Shown: positions 12,430-25,419, counted from the whole stretch's first letter. The stretch is DNA of 63,877 bases, filler included, from Octopus bimaculoides (GCF_001194135.2; 7 parts of 6 records of this genome joined end to end with filler, not necessarily neighbours in it), one strand, 5' to 3'. Notes: generated by a model not told the origin, from the sequence alone. Numbers and translations are program-made.

Positions 12430-13118
12430 TACAAAATTCCTATTTTGAAGACTGGAATAAATGATAATCAGATGGGGCAATGTCCAGCGAATATGATGGG
12501 TGGGGCACAGTTTCCCATTCAAACTGCTCCAGCCTTTGGAATGTCATCCTCGCTGTATCTGGCCGAGCATTATCCTGATGGATGAACACCTGTCGTCTTG
12601 AAACTAAAGATGGTTGTTCTTCTTCTCGCGCTGACTTGAATGGCTGGCTGAATGACCAAATCCAAGTTTCTTTGCTAGTTCCTCAACAGTTACGATGGGA
12701 CTTTGTTCCACCTGGATTTGCAGGACGTCCTCGTCGAGCTTTACAGATCTTCCAGGACGAGGCTCGTATTCTCGGGTGTAGTTTCCAGTTCGGAATTTCT
12801 GGAACCATCGTTGACACTGGCTTACGTTTATAGTCCGATCTCCATATACTGCATTAATATTCATCGCAATTTCCGTTGCATTGTTGCCTTTATTGAACTC
12901 ATAAAACAAAATATGCCGAATATGCTCCTTTGTCACTTCCATTATAGTTTTGAAAAAAATAACTGTTAAAATCGAACTGCACTCTTCAAAACTTGCACTA
13001 AGAATAAGGTCATGGTAAAATTGCTATCTGCTTTTATAGCAAGTTGATGCAGGTAGTTTATCCCGTCCCTTTTAGTTCATACAATTGAAAAAACCGCATT
13101 ATTTATGGGATGACCCAA
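12430..13118 (-). mobile_element. mariner (Hsmar1/cecropia-like) element with left TIR, internally deleted
   Basis: TA + TIR TTGGGTCATCCCATAAATAATGCGGTTTT at 13118. MEVTKEHIRHILFYEFNKG...CQRWFQKFRTG..EPRPGR runs almost directly into FIHQDNARP...VPHPSYSLDIAPSDYHLFQS. Confidence 0.88.
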
Positions 13119-13532
13119 TATATAGCAAATAAGCTTATCCGATGTTTTGGTTGTAAGAAGGATGGATGCCGGTTACACTCGTAGCTTAACTTATTCTAGT
13201 TACAGAGAAGGTTAATCTTACCCATATGATAAATAACCACACCACACCACACCTCCTCCGTTCAACACAACCTTAGCTTCCTAGCCAGGTGAGAATATTA
13301 TCTCTTGCTTACTTAACCTTTCATAGAAAGTCTTGCGAAATGAACGATATCCGTCAACAATGGGAGCTGCTAATAAGAAATTAAGATATGATTATCTGTT
13401 CGTGTTAGCTCTTTGGAAAAGAAGATACAAATGTGTCTGTCGAGTTCTGTGTGTGTGGGGACGTGGAAAGTTAGGAGGAGGAAATAAATCAAACCGCAAG
13501 CACTGCATCAAATGTACTTTATATATACATAT

Positions 13533-13579
<47 letters not shown>

Positions 13580-13580
<1 letters not shown>

Positions 13581-13850
13581 GTGGAGGATATACCACCAGC
13601 ATTGCCGAAACGACCTGAACATTAGTTTCAAGGTTCATCCAAGGCTGGGACCAAGGGCCATACGTCCCCTGCCCAATTCAGGATCACAACATATAGGTAC
13701 ACTGCAACACAATTTCTTTTCCTCAATAGGCCCTGCCCTGTTTAACATTGTCCCAAAACGGATCAAAGAGAAAAAGGATCCCATCACCTTTAAACGGAGT
13801 TTGGACAAATTTCTTCAAGGAATACCCGATAAGCCACCCACGAAAATTTT
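13580..13850 (+). mobile_element. CR1/L2-group LINE C-terminal fragment
   Basis: FSSIGPALFNIVPKRIKEKKDPITFKRSLDKFLQGIPDKP matches the LFN.LP...FK..LD.FL..IPD.P C-terminal pattern. Confidence 0.7.
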
Positions 13851-14399
13851 GCTAGCTGATTGTCTATATTAATGTACACGCAGCTTGTACACACATGCGT
13901 ATATNNNNNNNNNNNNNNNNNNNNNNNNNNNNNNNNNNNNNNNNNNNNNNNNNNNNNNNNNNNNNNNNNNNNNNNNNNNNNNNNNNNNNNNNNNNNNNNN
14001 NNNNNNNNNNNNNNNNNNNNNNNNNNNNNNNNNNNNNNNNNNNNNNNNNNNNNNNNNNNNNNNNNNNNNNNNNNNNNNNNNNNNNNNNNNNNNNNNNNNN
14101 NNNNNNNNNNNNNNNNNNNNNNNNNNNNNNNNNNNNNNNNNNNNNNNNNNNNNNNNNNNNNNNNNNNNNNNNNNNNNNNNNNNNNNNNNNNNNNNNNNNN
14201 NNNNNNNNNNNNNNNNNNNNNNNNNNNNNNNNNNNNNNNNNNNNNNNNNNNNNNNNNNNNNNNNNNNNNNNNNNNNNNNNNNNNNNNNNNNNNNNNNNNN
14301 NNNNNNNNNNNNNNNNNNNNNNNNNNNNNNNNNNNNNNNNNNNNNNNNATACGAGGTGTTAACATCTGCTGAAAGTAGCAACTGCACACGTTTAGGTTG

Positions 14400-14836
14400 C
14401 TATAATTAACAACTGGAAGTAGAACGTTGCTGGCTGGTTGTGATGGTGGTGGTGGTGGTAGTGGTGGTGCTGGCGATGGTGGTAGTGGTAGAGGTCACTA
14501 GTAATGGTGGTGGTGGTGGTGAAGTTGACGATGGTAGAAGCAATTTGATGGTGATGATGAGGATGATGCTGGAAGTAGTAGTAGTGGTGGTGGTGGTAGT
14601 GTTGACCTTGGCGGTGGAGAATGCGGTGGTGGCAACGTTACTCGTGGTAGCGGTGTTGGTGGTGCCGGGTGGTGCTTGCACTGATGGCGATGGTGGCGCA
14701 ACCGGCAACTTACGACAGAAGTGGTGGTCATTGTAATGATGGGGGTGGTGGCGGCGATGGTGATGATGGTTGTGGTGGTGGTGGATGTGGTGATGGTGAA
14801 AGTGATGACGGCGTTGAAATGGTTCTGAAATGGTGG
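14400..14836. repeat. GGT/GAT-rich mosaic trinucleotide array
   Basis: Directly visible. Confidence 0.9.
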
Positions 14837-14930
14837 TGGCACTCCGTCGGTTACAACGACGAGGGTTCCAGTTGATCCGATCAACGGAACAACCTATTCG
14901 TGGAATTAACGTGCAAGTGGCTGAACCACA
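14837..14930 (-). mobile_element. SINE family B 3' fragment
   Basis: ggcactccgtcggttacaacgacgagggttccagttgatccgatc...aattaacgtgcaagtggctga matches 24734-24820. Confidence 0.75.
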
Positions 14931-14959
14931 GATATACGTAGCTCATTATATCCATCATG

Positions 14960-15430
14960 ACACCCGTCTGATAAGGGTACACCAGGCTCATGCATCACAA
15001 GCATATGTGCGCGACATGGTGACCTCATAGCCAGATAAACAGCGCGTGACCTTGCAGGTGGGATCCTGTTAGAATTTTCTTCGGGTCGAGTAGCCCATCC
15101 TGCTCAAAATGTCCCTGAATAAGGGTTGTTTAAGGATGTTGAACGAAACACCCATGTTTCCAAAGGTGAACTATCCAAACTCCAAACAATTCCTCTCAAC
15201 ACATGGCTGTGATGCTCCCCCCCACTACCTCTGCTCGTGATCAGAGATGCACATATCGTCAGCCACCAAGGGACATGCTCAACTGATTAAGGTCAAACAA
15301 TTGACAAGCAGATCTGTGGTATTGAGCAGAATATTTGCTGTCGACCATCTATTTACCTCAAGACAAACCATCTACACGTTAATACTTCCAATCAGAAGCC
15401 ATGAAAGCCACTGCGTGGTATTGCATCAGG
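14960..15430. repeat. Unclassified dispersed repeat, copy 1 (about 470 bp)
   Basis: Aligns by eye with 17650-18150 (gataagggtacaccagg...gatcagagatgcacatatcgtcagccac...ctgcatcagggcat). Confidence 0.85.
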
Positions 15431-15699
15431 GCATGTATGTATGTATGTATGTATGTATGTACGCGCGCGCGCGCACAAGACTTAGCAAATTTTTTTCATT
15501 TTGGCCTACTTTAAAACACAATCTGCTACTTTCTGCAAGTTTTGGTCTACTTATCTAGCAACTCCCGCGTCGGTGGTGGCGGGGTTGGGATTGGCGGAGC
15601 GGGGTGGGGGTGGGGGGTTAGATAGAATTGGAACTGATAATTTGATGGTGGTTTTCAAGCTGGTTCTTGTAAGAATGGCAATGATGGCAAGTTGATGGT

Positions 15700-15943
15700 G
15701 TTGTTGTTGTTGTTGTTGTTGTCAGACCCGTTCTGAACAGACTGATGATCAAAGGCGATTCAGCAATGACTTAATTGTGTATCTAGAGCAACACGGTTCA
15801 CACCACAACCACCACCACCACCAACAACAACAGCAACAACAACAACACCACCACCAATGCTACCATCACCAATACTACCATCATCATCATCATCATCACC
15901 AATACTACTACTACTACTACTACTACCGCCGCCACCATCACAG

Positions 15944-15998
<55 letters not shown>

Positions 15999-16015
15999 CG
16001 CCGCCACCATCACAG

Positions 16016-16063
<48 letters not shown>

Positions 16064-16587
16064 TCACGACAACAACAACAGCAGTAACAGCCACAACCAC
16101 CTACCACCACTACTACCACCAACACCATCCGATTCGGTTTTTGTGATTTGTTCTTCAGACAGTTGACTGCGATTTGAGGGCAGTTTGGCTGCTATCTCTA
16201 GAAGTTCTCTCCTTGCAGGTTCTGCGGATGGTGACGATGGTGGCGATGGTGGTGGCGGAGGAGATATTGGGAGGTGTCGGTAGTGGTGGTCATAGTAACA
16301 CTGATGTGAAGTTGTTGCTGTTGCTTTTGTTGTTGTTGTTGTTGCGTCGTGGTGGTTGTTGTTGGGGGCGGTGGAGGTGGTGGCGGTGATGGTCTGCGCC
16401 GGAAGCGGCGGTGATGTTGGTGGTGATTGTATTACTGATTGGAGCAGTGATGGTCAGCTTAGGTGGCCGTCGTCATGGAGACGTGATTGATGTGGGCGTG
16501 GCGTTTATTTGGCAACCATTATTTCAATGGTGACAAAGTTGGCATTGGTGACAGTCGCGGTTGTAATTGCCATTGTTGCTGCTGGTA

Positions 16588-16645
<58 letters not shown>

Positions 16646-16910
16646 GGATGATGATGATGAGGAGGAGGAGGAGGAGGAGGAGGATGCTGTTGGTAGAGAT
16701 AAAGGCGTTGGTGGTATTGGTTGTAGCAGTAGACACAAATAGCGGTAGTGATCGTGATGGTGATTGTAATGGTATCCTCTGTGGTAGTAGTAGTAGTAGT
16801 AGTAGTAGTGGTCGTCGTCGTGGTGGTCGTGGTGGTAGCTATAGAAGGCGGTGATGATGGAGATGGTGTTGTTGCCGTTGCTGTTGTCATCGTCGTCGTC
16901 GTCGTTGTTG

Positions 16911-16942
<32 letters not shown>

Positions 16943-17162
16943 GGCAGTAGTAGTAGTAGTGGTAGTGGTGGTGGTTGTGGTTGTGGTAGTGGTGGTGGTG
17001 GTAGTAGTAACGGTAATGGTGGTGGTATTGGCATCAGCAAGAAACGGAAATTCCCGATTAGAATTTCGTCTCGTTCTTAGTTTTGGCATTTCGACGTCTG
17101 TTGGTTGACACCACAAGTGGGGTGTGGTAGTAGCAGTAATAGTAGCAGCAGCAGCAGTAGAA

Positions 17163-17235
<73 letters not shown>

Positions 17236-17236
17236 T
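15700..17236. repeat. Long mosaic trinucleotide array with strand switches and an internal duplicated cassette
   Basis: ACT/CAC block, then GGT/GAT/GTA blocks. The motif taccgccgccaccatcacagctactac occurs twice (about 15925 and 15995). Confidence 0.95.
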
Positions 17237-17509
17237 TGGCCACAGGTCAGGCCTGCTTAACCAGACGTATGGTCAAAGACGTTCCACCCATGACCATATG
17301 TATATAAAAAAGGAATACAAAAAATGGGACAAGAACGCAAAACATCCAGACAGCTAGATGATACAAAAAAGGGACAGGAAAAAACAGGGAGGGGTCATTC
17401 GAAGTCGCATGGACAAAACGAAAGCAATAAAACTGAAAGGACGTTCACAACTAATATCTGATGCTTTTGGGTTTCCTGGAATGGTTTCTGAGACTTTTGA
17501 GTTTCCGGA

Positions 17510-17586
<77 letters not shown>

Positions 17587-18157
17587 GAGTGAGAGAGCAG
17601 TGCATGCCATCAAAGTGACACTGGGGTGAAATATACGATACCCAGTATACCCATCATGATAAGGGTACACCAGGCACATGCGTCGCAACCATATGTGCGC
17701 GACATGATGATCTCATATCAAGATAAACAGCGCGTGACCTCACAGGTGGGGCCCAGTTAGAATTTTCTTCAGGTCGAATAGCCCATCCCACTTAAAAGGT
17801 TCCTGAATAAGGGTTGTTTTAAGGATGTTGAACAAAACACCCATGTTGCCAGAGATGAATTATCCAAACTCCAAAGAATTCTTCTCAACACATGGCTATG
17901 ATGCTCCCCCACTACTTCTGCTCATGATCAGAGATGCACATATNNNNNNNNNNGGATCAGAGATGCACATATCGTCAGCCACTAAGGGACATGCTCAACT
18001 GGTTAAGGTCAAACAGCTGACAAGCAAAACTGTGGTATTGAGCAGAATATTTGCTGTAGCCCATCTTTTATACCAAGACAAAACAATGTACATGCTAACA
18101 CAATCAGTTAAGATCAGAAACCATGAGAGCCACTGCCTGGTACTGCATTAGGGCATT
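17587..18157. repeat. Unclassified dispersed repeat, copy 2 (about 570 bp) abutting an (ATT)n tract
   Basis: Same sequence as 14960-15430. (ATT)n at 17513-17586 looks like a retroposon tail on the minus strand. Confidence 0.85.
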
Positions 18158-19166
18158 TATTATTATCATTATTATCAATACATTCCCCCTTGTTCGGGTC
18201 TTTTCTCATCAACGCCACAGCTCCTCGGCTCGCAAAACTGCCAGTTGCAATAAACCTTTGCGAAGATATCGTCGAACAAGTCTGGCATTTAAGCGTAAAG
18301 CTCGTAGGGCAGACTATCCGAACCAGGCTGATACTTCATTGACCATAAATCTTCGTATTTCAAATCGTCATAGTTGTTTATTTTTTCTTTTTCTTTCACA
18401 TTGATGCTGATGTCACCGGGTCACGTTATGTCGATTATTATACATGTTCTTTCTTATTTATTCACCGAAACAATGTCCAGTTTCCGTATTATTATTATTA
18501 CTTCCATAAATTGTCTTCAGGAGAGTAACGTAGGTTAGTTACGAACGAGGTCAACAAAAGTTTACAAGCTCGCGAGCTCACACGCCGACTCTCAAAATGT
18601 CGCCTATGTAAACACGTGTAACTTTATCCAGAAAACAAAACGTTCTTACGTATTATATTCACCATGCTATCAATCTCTTTACTCCCGTTGTTCTTAACGT
18701 TATTGCTGTTATTGTTGTTATTGTAAGCGTACCATCTTGAAATGAATCTAATACGATAGACACAAAACATAGAAAAAAACATTGTGAAGCTGAGTCTGAA
18801 ATAGGAGTACGTCTACGAACGAGTTCTGATGAATTTGTTGGTATATTTCGCATCGCAGATTGGATCAGTTAACCGAAGTGAGCAAGCAGATGTCTTTTCG
18901 CGCCAAACAAGGAGCAACACGTGTGGTTATCCTACTTTACGCATCTACCACAAGGGAGATAATAATTCTTCTCACAATATTTGGCCGTATTCTTTCTATT
19001 GTCTTTTATCATTTATTTGTTCCATTCATTGGACTGCGGCCATGCTGGGGTACTACATTGAAGGGTTTAGCCGAAAAAATCGACACTAATACATTTTTTT
19101 TTTTTAAAGTTTGATTCTTATTCTTTCAATATCCGCTAAGTTACGAGTATATATATNNNNNNNNNN

Positions 19167-19214
<48 letters not shown>

Positions 19215-19699
19215 AGCGTCAGAACTACAAGAAATTGTTCTCATAGGGTACGTCCCACATTCTGAGAAAAACATTATCAGATTGAAAATAGCGGATTCTC
19301 TTAAAAAACACTTTTACAAAAATCGAAAATATTACGAATTTAACAGGATTTTAGTTCTCCGAATCTGATCACGTTTCCCAACGATATATCAAAGCTAATC
19401 ATAAATAACGGCCATGGTAAGACGTTCAAGTTGCTTGTTACTTGAGATCTCTGGGTGAGACCTGGAACAAAATGATGATGATGATGATGATGACAACAAC
19501 AAAAACAACAACAACAAAGCATTTAAAAAGCTTTTTGCTCGTAAATTATCTTCGGATTGCATTGCTACCCTGACACGAACCGAACACCTCGGGTTGCACG
19601 GGTATAGGATTTCCTCATGTTACTGTCAACACGTTTGAGGCTTTTTGTTGTTGTTGTTTTGTGTTATATAATAGCGGTTACGCTTTGTAAGCGGATCCG

Positions 19700-19850
19700 C
19701 GTCGGTTACGACGATGAGTGTTCAGCTATTCGATCGACTGAGCTACATCCTTGCTCTTTGAGTTTGCGTGTATGTAGCTGAGTGCTCCATAGCAGATGCA
19801 TGTAGCCATGACATAATCCTAAGGCATAACCAGTACGACACAATGTGGAT
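19700..19850 (-). mobile_element. Diverged relative of the SINE family B 3' domain
   Basis: gtcggttacgacgatgagtgttcagctattcgatcgac...gtagctgagtgctccatagcagatgc parallels the family B sequence. Confidence 0.5.
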
Positions 19851-19870
19851 GAATGTGCGTGTATGTGAGC

Positions 19871-19913
<43 letters not shown>

Positions 19914-20214
19914 TTACAGAGACAGAGAGAGAGAGTTACAGAGACAGAGAGAGAGTTACAGAGATACAGAGAGAGAGAAGGAAAGCTGGACCCTCAAGCT
20001 ATAGGTAGCGAGTGCGGCAGAAAAAACACCATCTGATCTTGTTTCAATAAAATGGGACGATCGGGCGCAGCAGTTTCAACACATATTTTTAGCATGGCTA
20101 AGTGAACATTTTAGCCTGTTTTGGCGAGAGTACTTTTTCGCACCTTGGGACAGCAGACAAACACGTCCACGCACGCACGCACAACACACTCGCACACATA
20201 TACACACACTTGCA

Positions 20215-20330
20215 CGAGTCTATTTCATATATTCCCATTGCTCAACCACTTGCACGTTAGTTTTACGAGCAGCAGTTCCTTTGATCGGATCAACTGGGAC
20301 CCACCACGTCGTAACCGACGGAGTGCCAGT
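20215..20330 (+). mobile_element. SINE family B 3' fragment
   Basis: ctcaaccacttgcacgttagttttacgagcag...gatcggatcaactggga...cgtaaccgacggagtgcca. Confidence 0.7.
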
Positions 20331-21499
20331 TATACATATATATATATATCTATCTATCTATCTATNNNNNNNNNNNNNNNNNNNNNNNNNNNNNNNNNNN
20401 NNNNNNNNNTTAATTAATTAANNNNNNNNNNNNNNNNNNNNNNNNNNNNNNNNNNNNNNNNNNNNGCACCACCACAAACGTAGACCACTTTCTCCAGCAA
20501 ATTCAAAATAACTGTATTTCACACATAAAACCTAATCTAATTAACCCATTATTTTGTTGTTTTACATCCATCCCCCACTTTTGGCCACCCCATTATTGCC
20601 TCACTTTTCTTCAGTGGCCCCTGGATCTTTCCACTGCCCCCAGAGGGGCAGTACCACCCACTTCAGGAACTGCTGCATTAAAGTATGAGAGAGGGACAAA
20701 TGCAAGTGTGTGGCTATAGAGGCAATACATGGCTAAAGAAACCTCCAAGTCCATTTCGAAAACCCTCAGAAAGGGTATAAGACATTTTGGCATCATCTGT
20801 TTGGCATTGCTGGTTTAATATTGACTTCTTTGACATCAGACATTTTGTCCCTGGAACCTTTTGGCTTTGTTAAAATTTTGCTTATTCTGATTAACAACTT
20901 GCCTTTCGTCATTTTGAGATCAATAAAAAAAGTACCAGTTGCACACTGGGGTTGATTCAGTTGATTTGGCCCCCTCTCCCAAAAAGCTGCTGGCCTCGTG
21001 CCAAAATTTGAAATCAATATTTCTCTGGAAAGTGACCCAAGATTTGTCCTACCTGAACATCTATCGACCAACTGGTCGAAAGCTCTTTACAGAAGAGCAA
21101 CCTACCAAAGAGTAATGCAGGAGAGGAAATTCCGGAGACAAGCAGTTGGTATTGTCCGTCTATGAACAACACAGTGAGTAGGTAGGTAATAGTTCTCTCT
21201 CTCATACTCTCTCTCTCTCTTTGTATGTGTGTGAGCATACTTCTCTTTGTATGTGTATGAGGAGAAGGAAAGGGTTTCTGTCAATTGTATTCACTTAAGA
21301 AATCATAACATCACTCTCTGTCTGTATGTCTACATTTCTGAACAAGCTTTTGTATTTTTGTTTCCAGAACCCAAAAGTACCACCACTAAAAATGTCAGTA
21401 CCAAAAAAAAAAAAAGAAGGTTCAATGTCCGGTCAGCCAGCCCAAATTGCCAGCGTCCAAACAGCTGCACCTAATCATTTCATTCTGTGTTGCACCTGG

Positions 21500-22055
21500 A
21501 ATCCCTCAAAAATAGTTTTCTTCTGCAAAATTTCACTCACCACCACCATCATCATCATCATCATCATCAACATATAAAACCACCACCACCACCACCACTG
21601 TTATCATCACCACCAGACATAGCAACAACATTTGCTGTAAAGAACTTCCTTGACAACCACATCTCAACAACAACATTAAGTCTGGTGTATTAACTACAGC
21701 AACTGTTTCCATCACCCCAGCTGTAACTATTACAACCATGACTACCACACCAGCATCACCACTCTATCACTTCATCACAGAAACAACTTCTATCCATGAC
21801 CATCATGATGATAATCATCATCACTACCACCACCATCACCATCACCACCACCATCACCACCACCACAGTCACTATTACTACCACCTGAACCACCACCACC
21901 ACCATTCCTCACCACTCCTCACCACCTCCACTCCCACCACCACTACCATCATCACCACCAACACTACTACCACTTCAACCACCATTACCACTACCCACAC
22001 TACAATTACTGCCACCGCCGCAATCTCTGTCGCTACCACCATAACAACAACTTGA
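21500..22055. repeat. CAC/CAT-rich trinucleotide mosaic
   Basis: Directly visible. Confidence 0.9.
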
Positions 22056-22621
22056 GATGTTTTGCCTTTTTTCTTCTCTCTTTACTCTGACAACAAACGA
22101 ATGTCAATTAGAACCGTTGGCGCTATTATCAAGAATGACCTTAAATCTTCTCTGAGAGCAACAATAACTGACAACTGCACTGGTTTCATTTGTTGGGCTT
22201 TGCCACTTTGGATGGAGTTAAGAGCTGACAATGATTAGCCCCCCAGGTATACAGCAGGGTTAGCAATCACCCACGGAGGAAACCAACAGAGTCTCTGTTG
22301 GTTAATGCCTCTGTCGGTCAATGTCTCTGTCGGCTAATTAATAAGGAGTTACCCACTGGCTGTCCACCTACAAATTTAATGAGGAAGATTAGTAAAGTCG
22401 ATGAAGGATGGCTTGAGAGACACTACATGGTCAGGATTTACCTATACTATACTGTCTGTTCTCTACCTGTAATGGAACATGGAAAATCAAAGTCAACTTG
22501 ACCTCAAGACCCTTGCTTAATATGTGAGTGACATTTGATTTAGTTCCTTATTTTTTATTCCCTGTTGTTTTAAATTTATATATTTTGGAATTAGTTCTTG
22601 AAGTACACATAATGCTATTAA

Positions 22622-23138
22622 CCAATTAAACCCACTGTCCTATAAATAGGACACTAAATGAAAACATTAACCCATTACATCCTATAATTTTATTAACAGG
22701 AATTTTTTTATGAAACTTTGATTTCTAGCATAAAACAGCCTTAGAAACACGCTGGAATGATCAAAATAACATTTCAAAATAACATTTTTATTAGAAATAA
22801 GTGAGATATTGGGTGAAAAATTAGCAAACCTCATTTGAATATCAGAGAAATATACCTAGTAGATATAGCAAAAAGGTTAGGTATGTGTAAATATTGACAG
22901 ATAATTACGAAATTTATAATTTTTAAGTGATCTCATATGAGATCACTGGTAGGTAATGGGTTAAATAAGCTATATCACACTGTCTCAGTGTCCTATTTAT
23001 AGGACACCAAGTATTTCCATTTCTACTTGAAGTAAAGGAGTTTTAATAATTATTTTTTTCATTTTAACCTATTTTCAATCATCTGTAAAAAATTTTAAAG
23101 TAATATTCAGAAATTTAAGTACTCTGGGACTTAATGGG
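22622..23138. mobile_element. piggyBac-type MITE (outer), TTAA-flanked
   Basis: TTAA at 22618-22621 and 23139-23142. Imperfect TIRs CCAATTAAACCCACTGTCC / CCCATTAAGTCCCAGAGTAC. Inverted internal palindromes gtcctataaataggac (about 22637) and gtcctatttataggac (about 22990). Confidence 0.7.
22671..22960. mobile_element. piggyBac-type MITE (inner), TTAA-flanked, nested in the outer MITE
   Basis: TTAA|CCCATTAC ... GTAATGGG|TTAA. Perfect 22-bp palindrome AGTGATCTCATATGAGATCACT at 22926-22947. Confidence 0.8.
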
Positions 23139-23159
23139 TTAATAATCTTTTCTATTATA

Positions 23160-23352
23160 GACACAAGGCTGGAAATTTGGTGGGAGGGAGCTAGTCAAAT
23201 ACATTGACCCAGTGTGCAGCTGGTATTCTATTGACCCTGAAAGGATGAAAGGCAAAGTTGACCTCAGCAGAATTTGAACTCAGAACATAAACACAGGCAA
23301 AATACCACTTGCTATTTTGCCAAGCAGACTAATGCTTCTGCCAGCTTGTCAC
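23160..23352 (-). mobile_element. tRNA-derived SINE family C (other copies about 20880-21010 +, 29235-29395 +, 33212-33320 -, 52975-53060 -, 53460-53600 -)
   Basis: Reverse strand has a head with box B (gagttcaaattc), then gtcaactttgcctttcatcctttcagggtcaata...accagc. Recurs at least six times in the window. Confidence 0.75.
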
Positions 23353-23559
23353 CTTATAGAGTTATTAATAATAGCATGTAGATATTGGGTTGAAAAAACC
23401 CCTTTAGACAGAAAAAGTCAAAGACTACCTGCAAGATTTGAACCCACATCTCCTGTTGACTTGACAGGTGTTCTAATCATTGGGCCAAAGCAAGCCTTTG
23501 AATTTATGTATTCATTTTAGAAACTTTAAACATAAAGAATTGCATGTTGTTGATGTCAA

Positions 23560-23695
23560 TAGTGGTAAGAAGCTTACTTCCCAACCACATGGTCTGGGTT
23601 CAGTTCCACTATGTGGCACTATGGGCAAGTGTCAGCCTTTGGCTGACCAAAGCCTTGTGAGAGGATTTGGTAGATGGAAACTGAAAGAAACCCAT

Positions 23696-23744
<49 letters not shown>

Positions 23745-24040
23745 NNNNNNNNNNNNNNNNNNNNNNNNNNNNNNNNNNNNNNNNNNTATATATATATATA
23801 TATATATATATATGTTATGTTTGTTTTTTTGTGTCTGTGTTTGTTCCCCACACCATTGCTTGATGACTGATGTTGGTGTGTTTACGTCCCTGTAACTTAG
23901 TAGTTTGACAAAGATGCTGATAGAATAAATACAAGGCTTACAAAGAATAAGTCCTGAGGTCGATTTGTTCGACTAAAAGATCCGTCAAGGTGGTGCTCCA
24001 GCATGGCCACAATCAAATGACTGAAACGAAAGGATAAAAG
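23560..24040 (+). mobile_element. SINE family A, near full length, CpG-decayed
   Basis: Same order of blocks as 62483-62870, with an internal (TA)n. Confidence 0.85.
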
Positions 24041-24218
24041 AATGTGTGTGTGTGTGTGTGTGTGTGTGTGTCAGTATATGTATTTTTGTGTATGTGTGTG
24101 TGTGTCAGTATATGTATATATGTATATATATGTGTATGTGTGTGTATGTACAGTATAAAGAAAGAATGAACAGGCACACAACTGGCGTCAGTTTAGAACA
24201 TGGAGTTTATATATTTCA

Positions 24219-24415
24219 CCCTTTAGCATTTAAACCGGCCTTATCCAGCCAAAATATTCTACCTGCTTTATGTTAAAACTAGCCAGATTTGACTTCTCAC
24301 ACCAACCCAACAATTACATAAACAGTCATATCGTAAAAATCTCAAAATTATGAAAGAATGCGTTCAAAATAATGTGAATCATTACATTTGACAAAGTAAT
24401 CTGAATACTAAAGAG
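24219..24415. mobile_element. TTAA-type MITE (related pieces about 26065-26220 and 38610-38735)
   Basis: ttca|CCCTTTAGCATT ... GAATACTAAAGAG|ttaa imperfect TIRs. Confidence 0.65.
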
Positions 24416-24733
24416 TTAAACATAATTAAAATAGAATGCATTGTAATTAACAAGGGAGTAAGGTGTGCAGATAGTCTTTTACAGCTGTTTCCAGAATAGA
24501 TGCACTTATGATACATTTCTCAGCATATGAAAATAAGCTGTCTGTATCGCAGCAGACTATTCCATGTTCAGAGAGAGAAAAATGAGGTAAATCCTTAGTA
24601 GGGGATTGAAGTAGGGAACGGTTCCCTTGTTGAAGAGAGAGTGAGGTAGATTATTAGCGGAAGGCTTATGTGGTGTATAAAGGACAGCAGAAAGGAAAGA
24701 TAGAGTAATGTATGTATGAGGGTTGTTGTTGTT

Positions 24734-25036
24734 GGCACTCCGTTGCTTATGACGTTGAGGGTTCCAGTTGATCCGATCAATGGAACAGCCTGCTCGGGAA
24801 ATTAACGTGCAAGTGGCTGAGCACCCCACAGACACGTGTACCCTTAACGTAGTTCTTGGGGGATATTCAGCGTGACACAGTGTGTGACAAGGCTGACCCT
24901 TTGAAATACAGGCACAACAGAAATAGGAAGAAAGAGTGAGAGAAAGTTGTGGTGAGAGAAAGTACAGCAGGGTTCGCACCATCCCCTGCCAGAGCCTCGT
25001 GGAACTTTAGGTGTTTTCACTCAATAAACACAAACA
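24734..25036 (-). mobile_element. SINE family B, head lost in gap
   Basis: Collinear with 61601-61820, plus the 3' domain seen at 14837 and 20215. Confidence 0.85.
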
Positions 25037-25419
25037 NNNNNNNNNNNNNNNNNNNNNNNNNNNNNNNNNNNNNNNNNNNNNNNNNNNNNNNNNNNNNNNN
25101 NNNNNNNNNNNNNNNNNNNNNNNNNNNNNNNNNNNNNNNNNNNNNNNNNNNNNNNNNNNNNNNNNNNNNNNNNNNNNNNNNNNNNNNNNNNNNNNNNNNN
25201 NNNNNNNNNNNNNNNNNNNNNNNNNNNNNNNTAAGTATAATGGCAAAAACCATATTTATAATGGCAGTGTCTTGGGTGGCAAGTGTGTTATAATTATCAG
25301 TCAGTTAGCTGGCGGTTGGGTAGTGTTTAACTATTTAGCCTTTGGATTCATTTCTCAAATGTAATACTTATTTATTCACATTCATCGTCATCATCATTAT
25401 CATCATCATCATCATCATC

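Noticed and set aside
10256-13118. SETMAR-like domesticated gene
   Set aside because: Only transposase pieces with TIRs, on opposite strands and from different subfamilies; no SET-domain exons.
8013-17688. Long ORFs with poly-H/T/D/S/V/I runs (also 21487-22055, 35166-35807, 58276-59931)
   Set aside because: They are translations of trinucleotide microsatellites and N gaps, open in several frames on both strands, with no splice or domain support.
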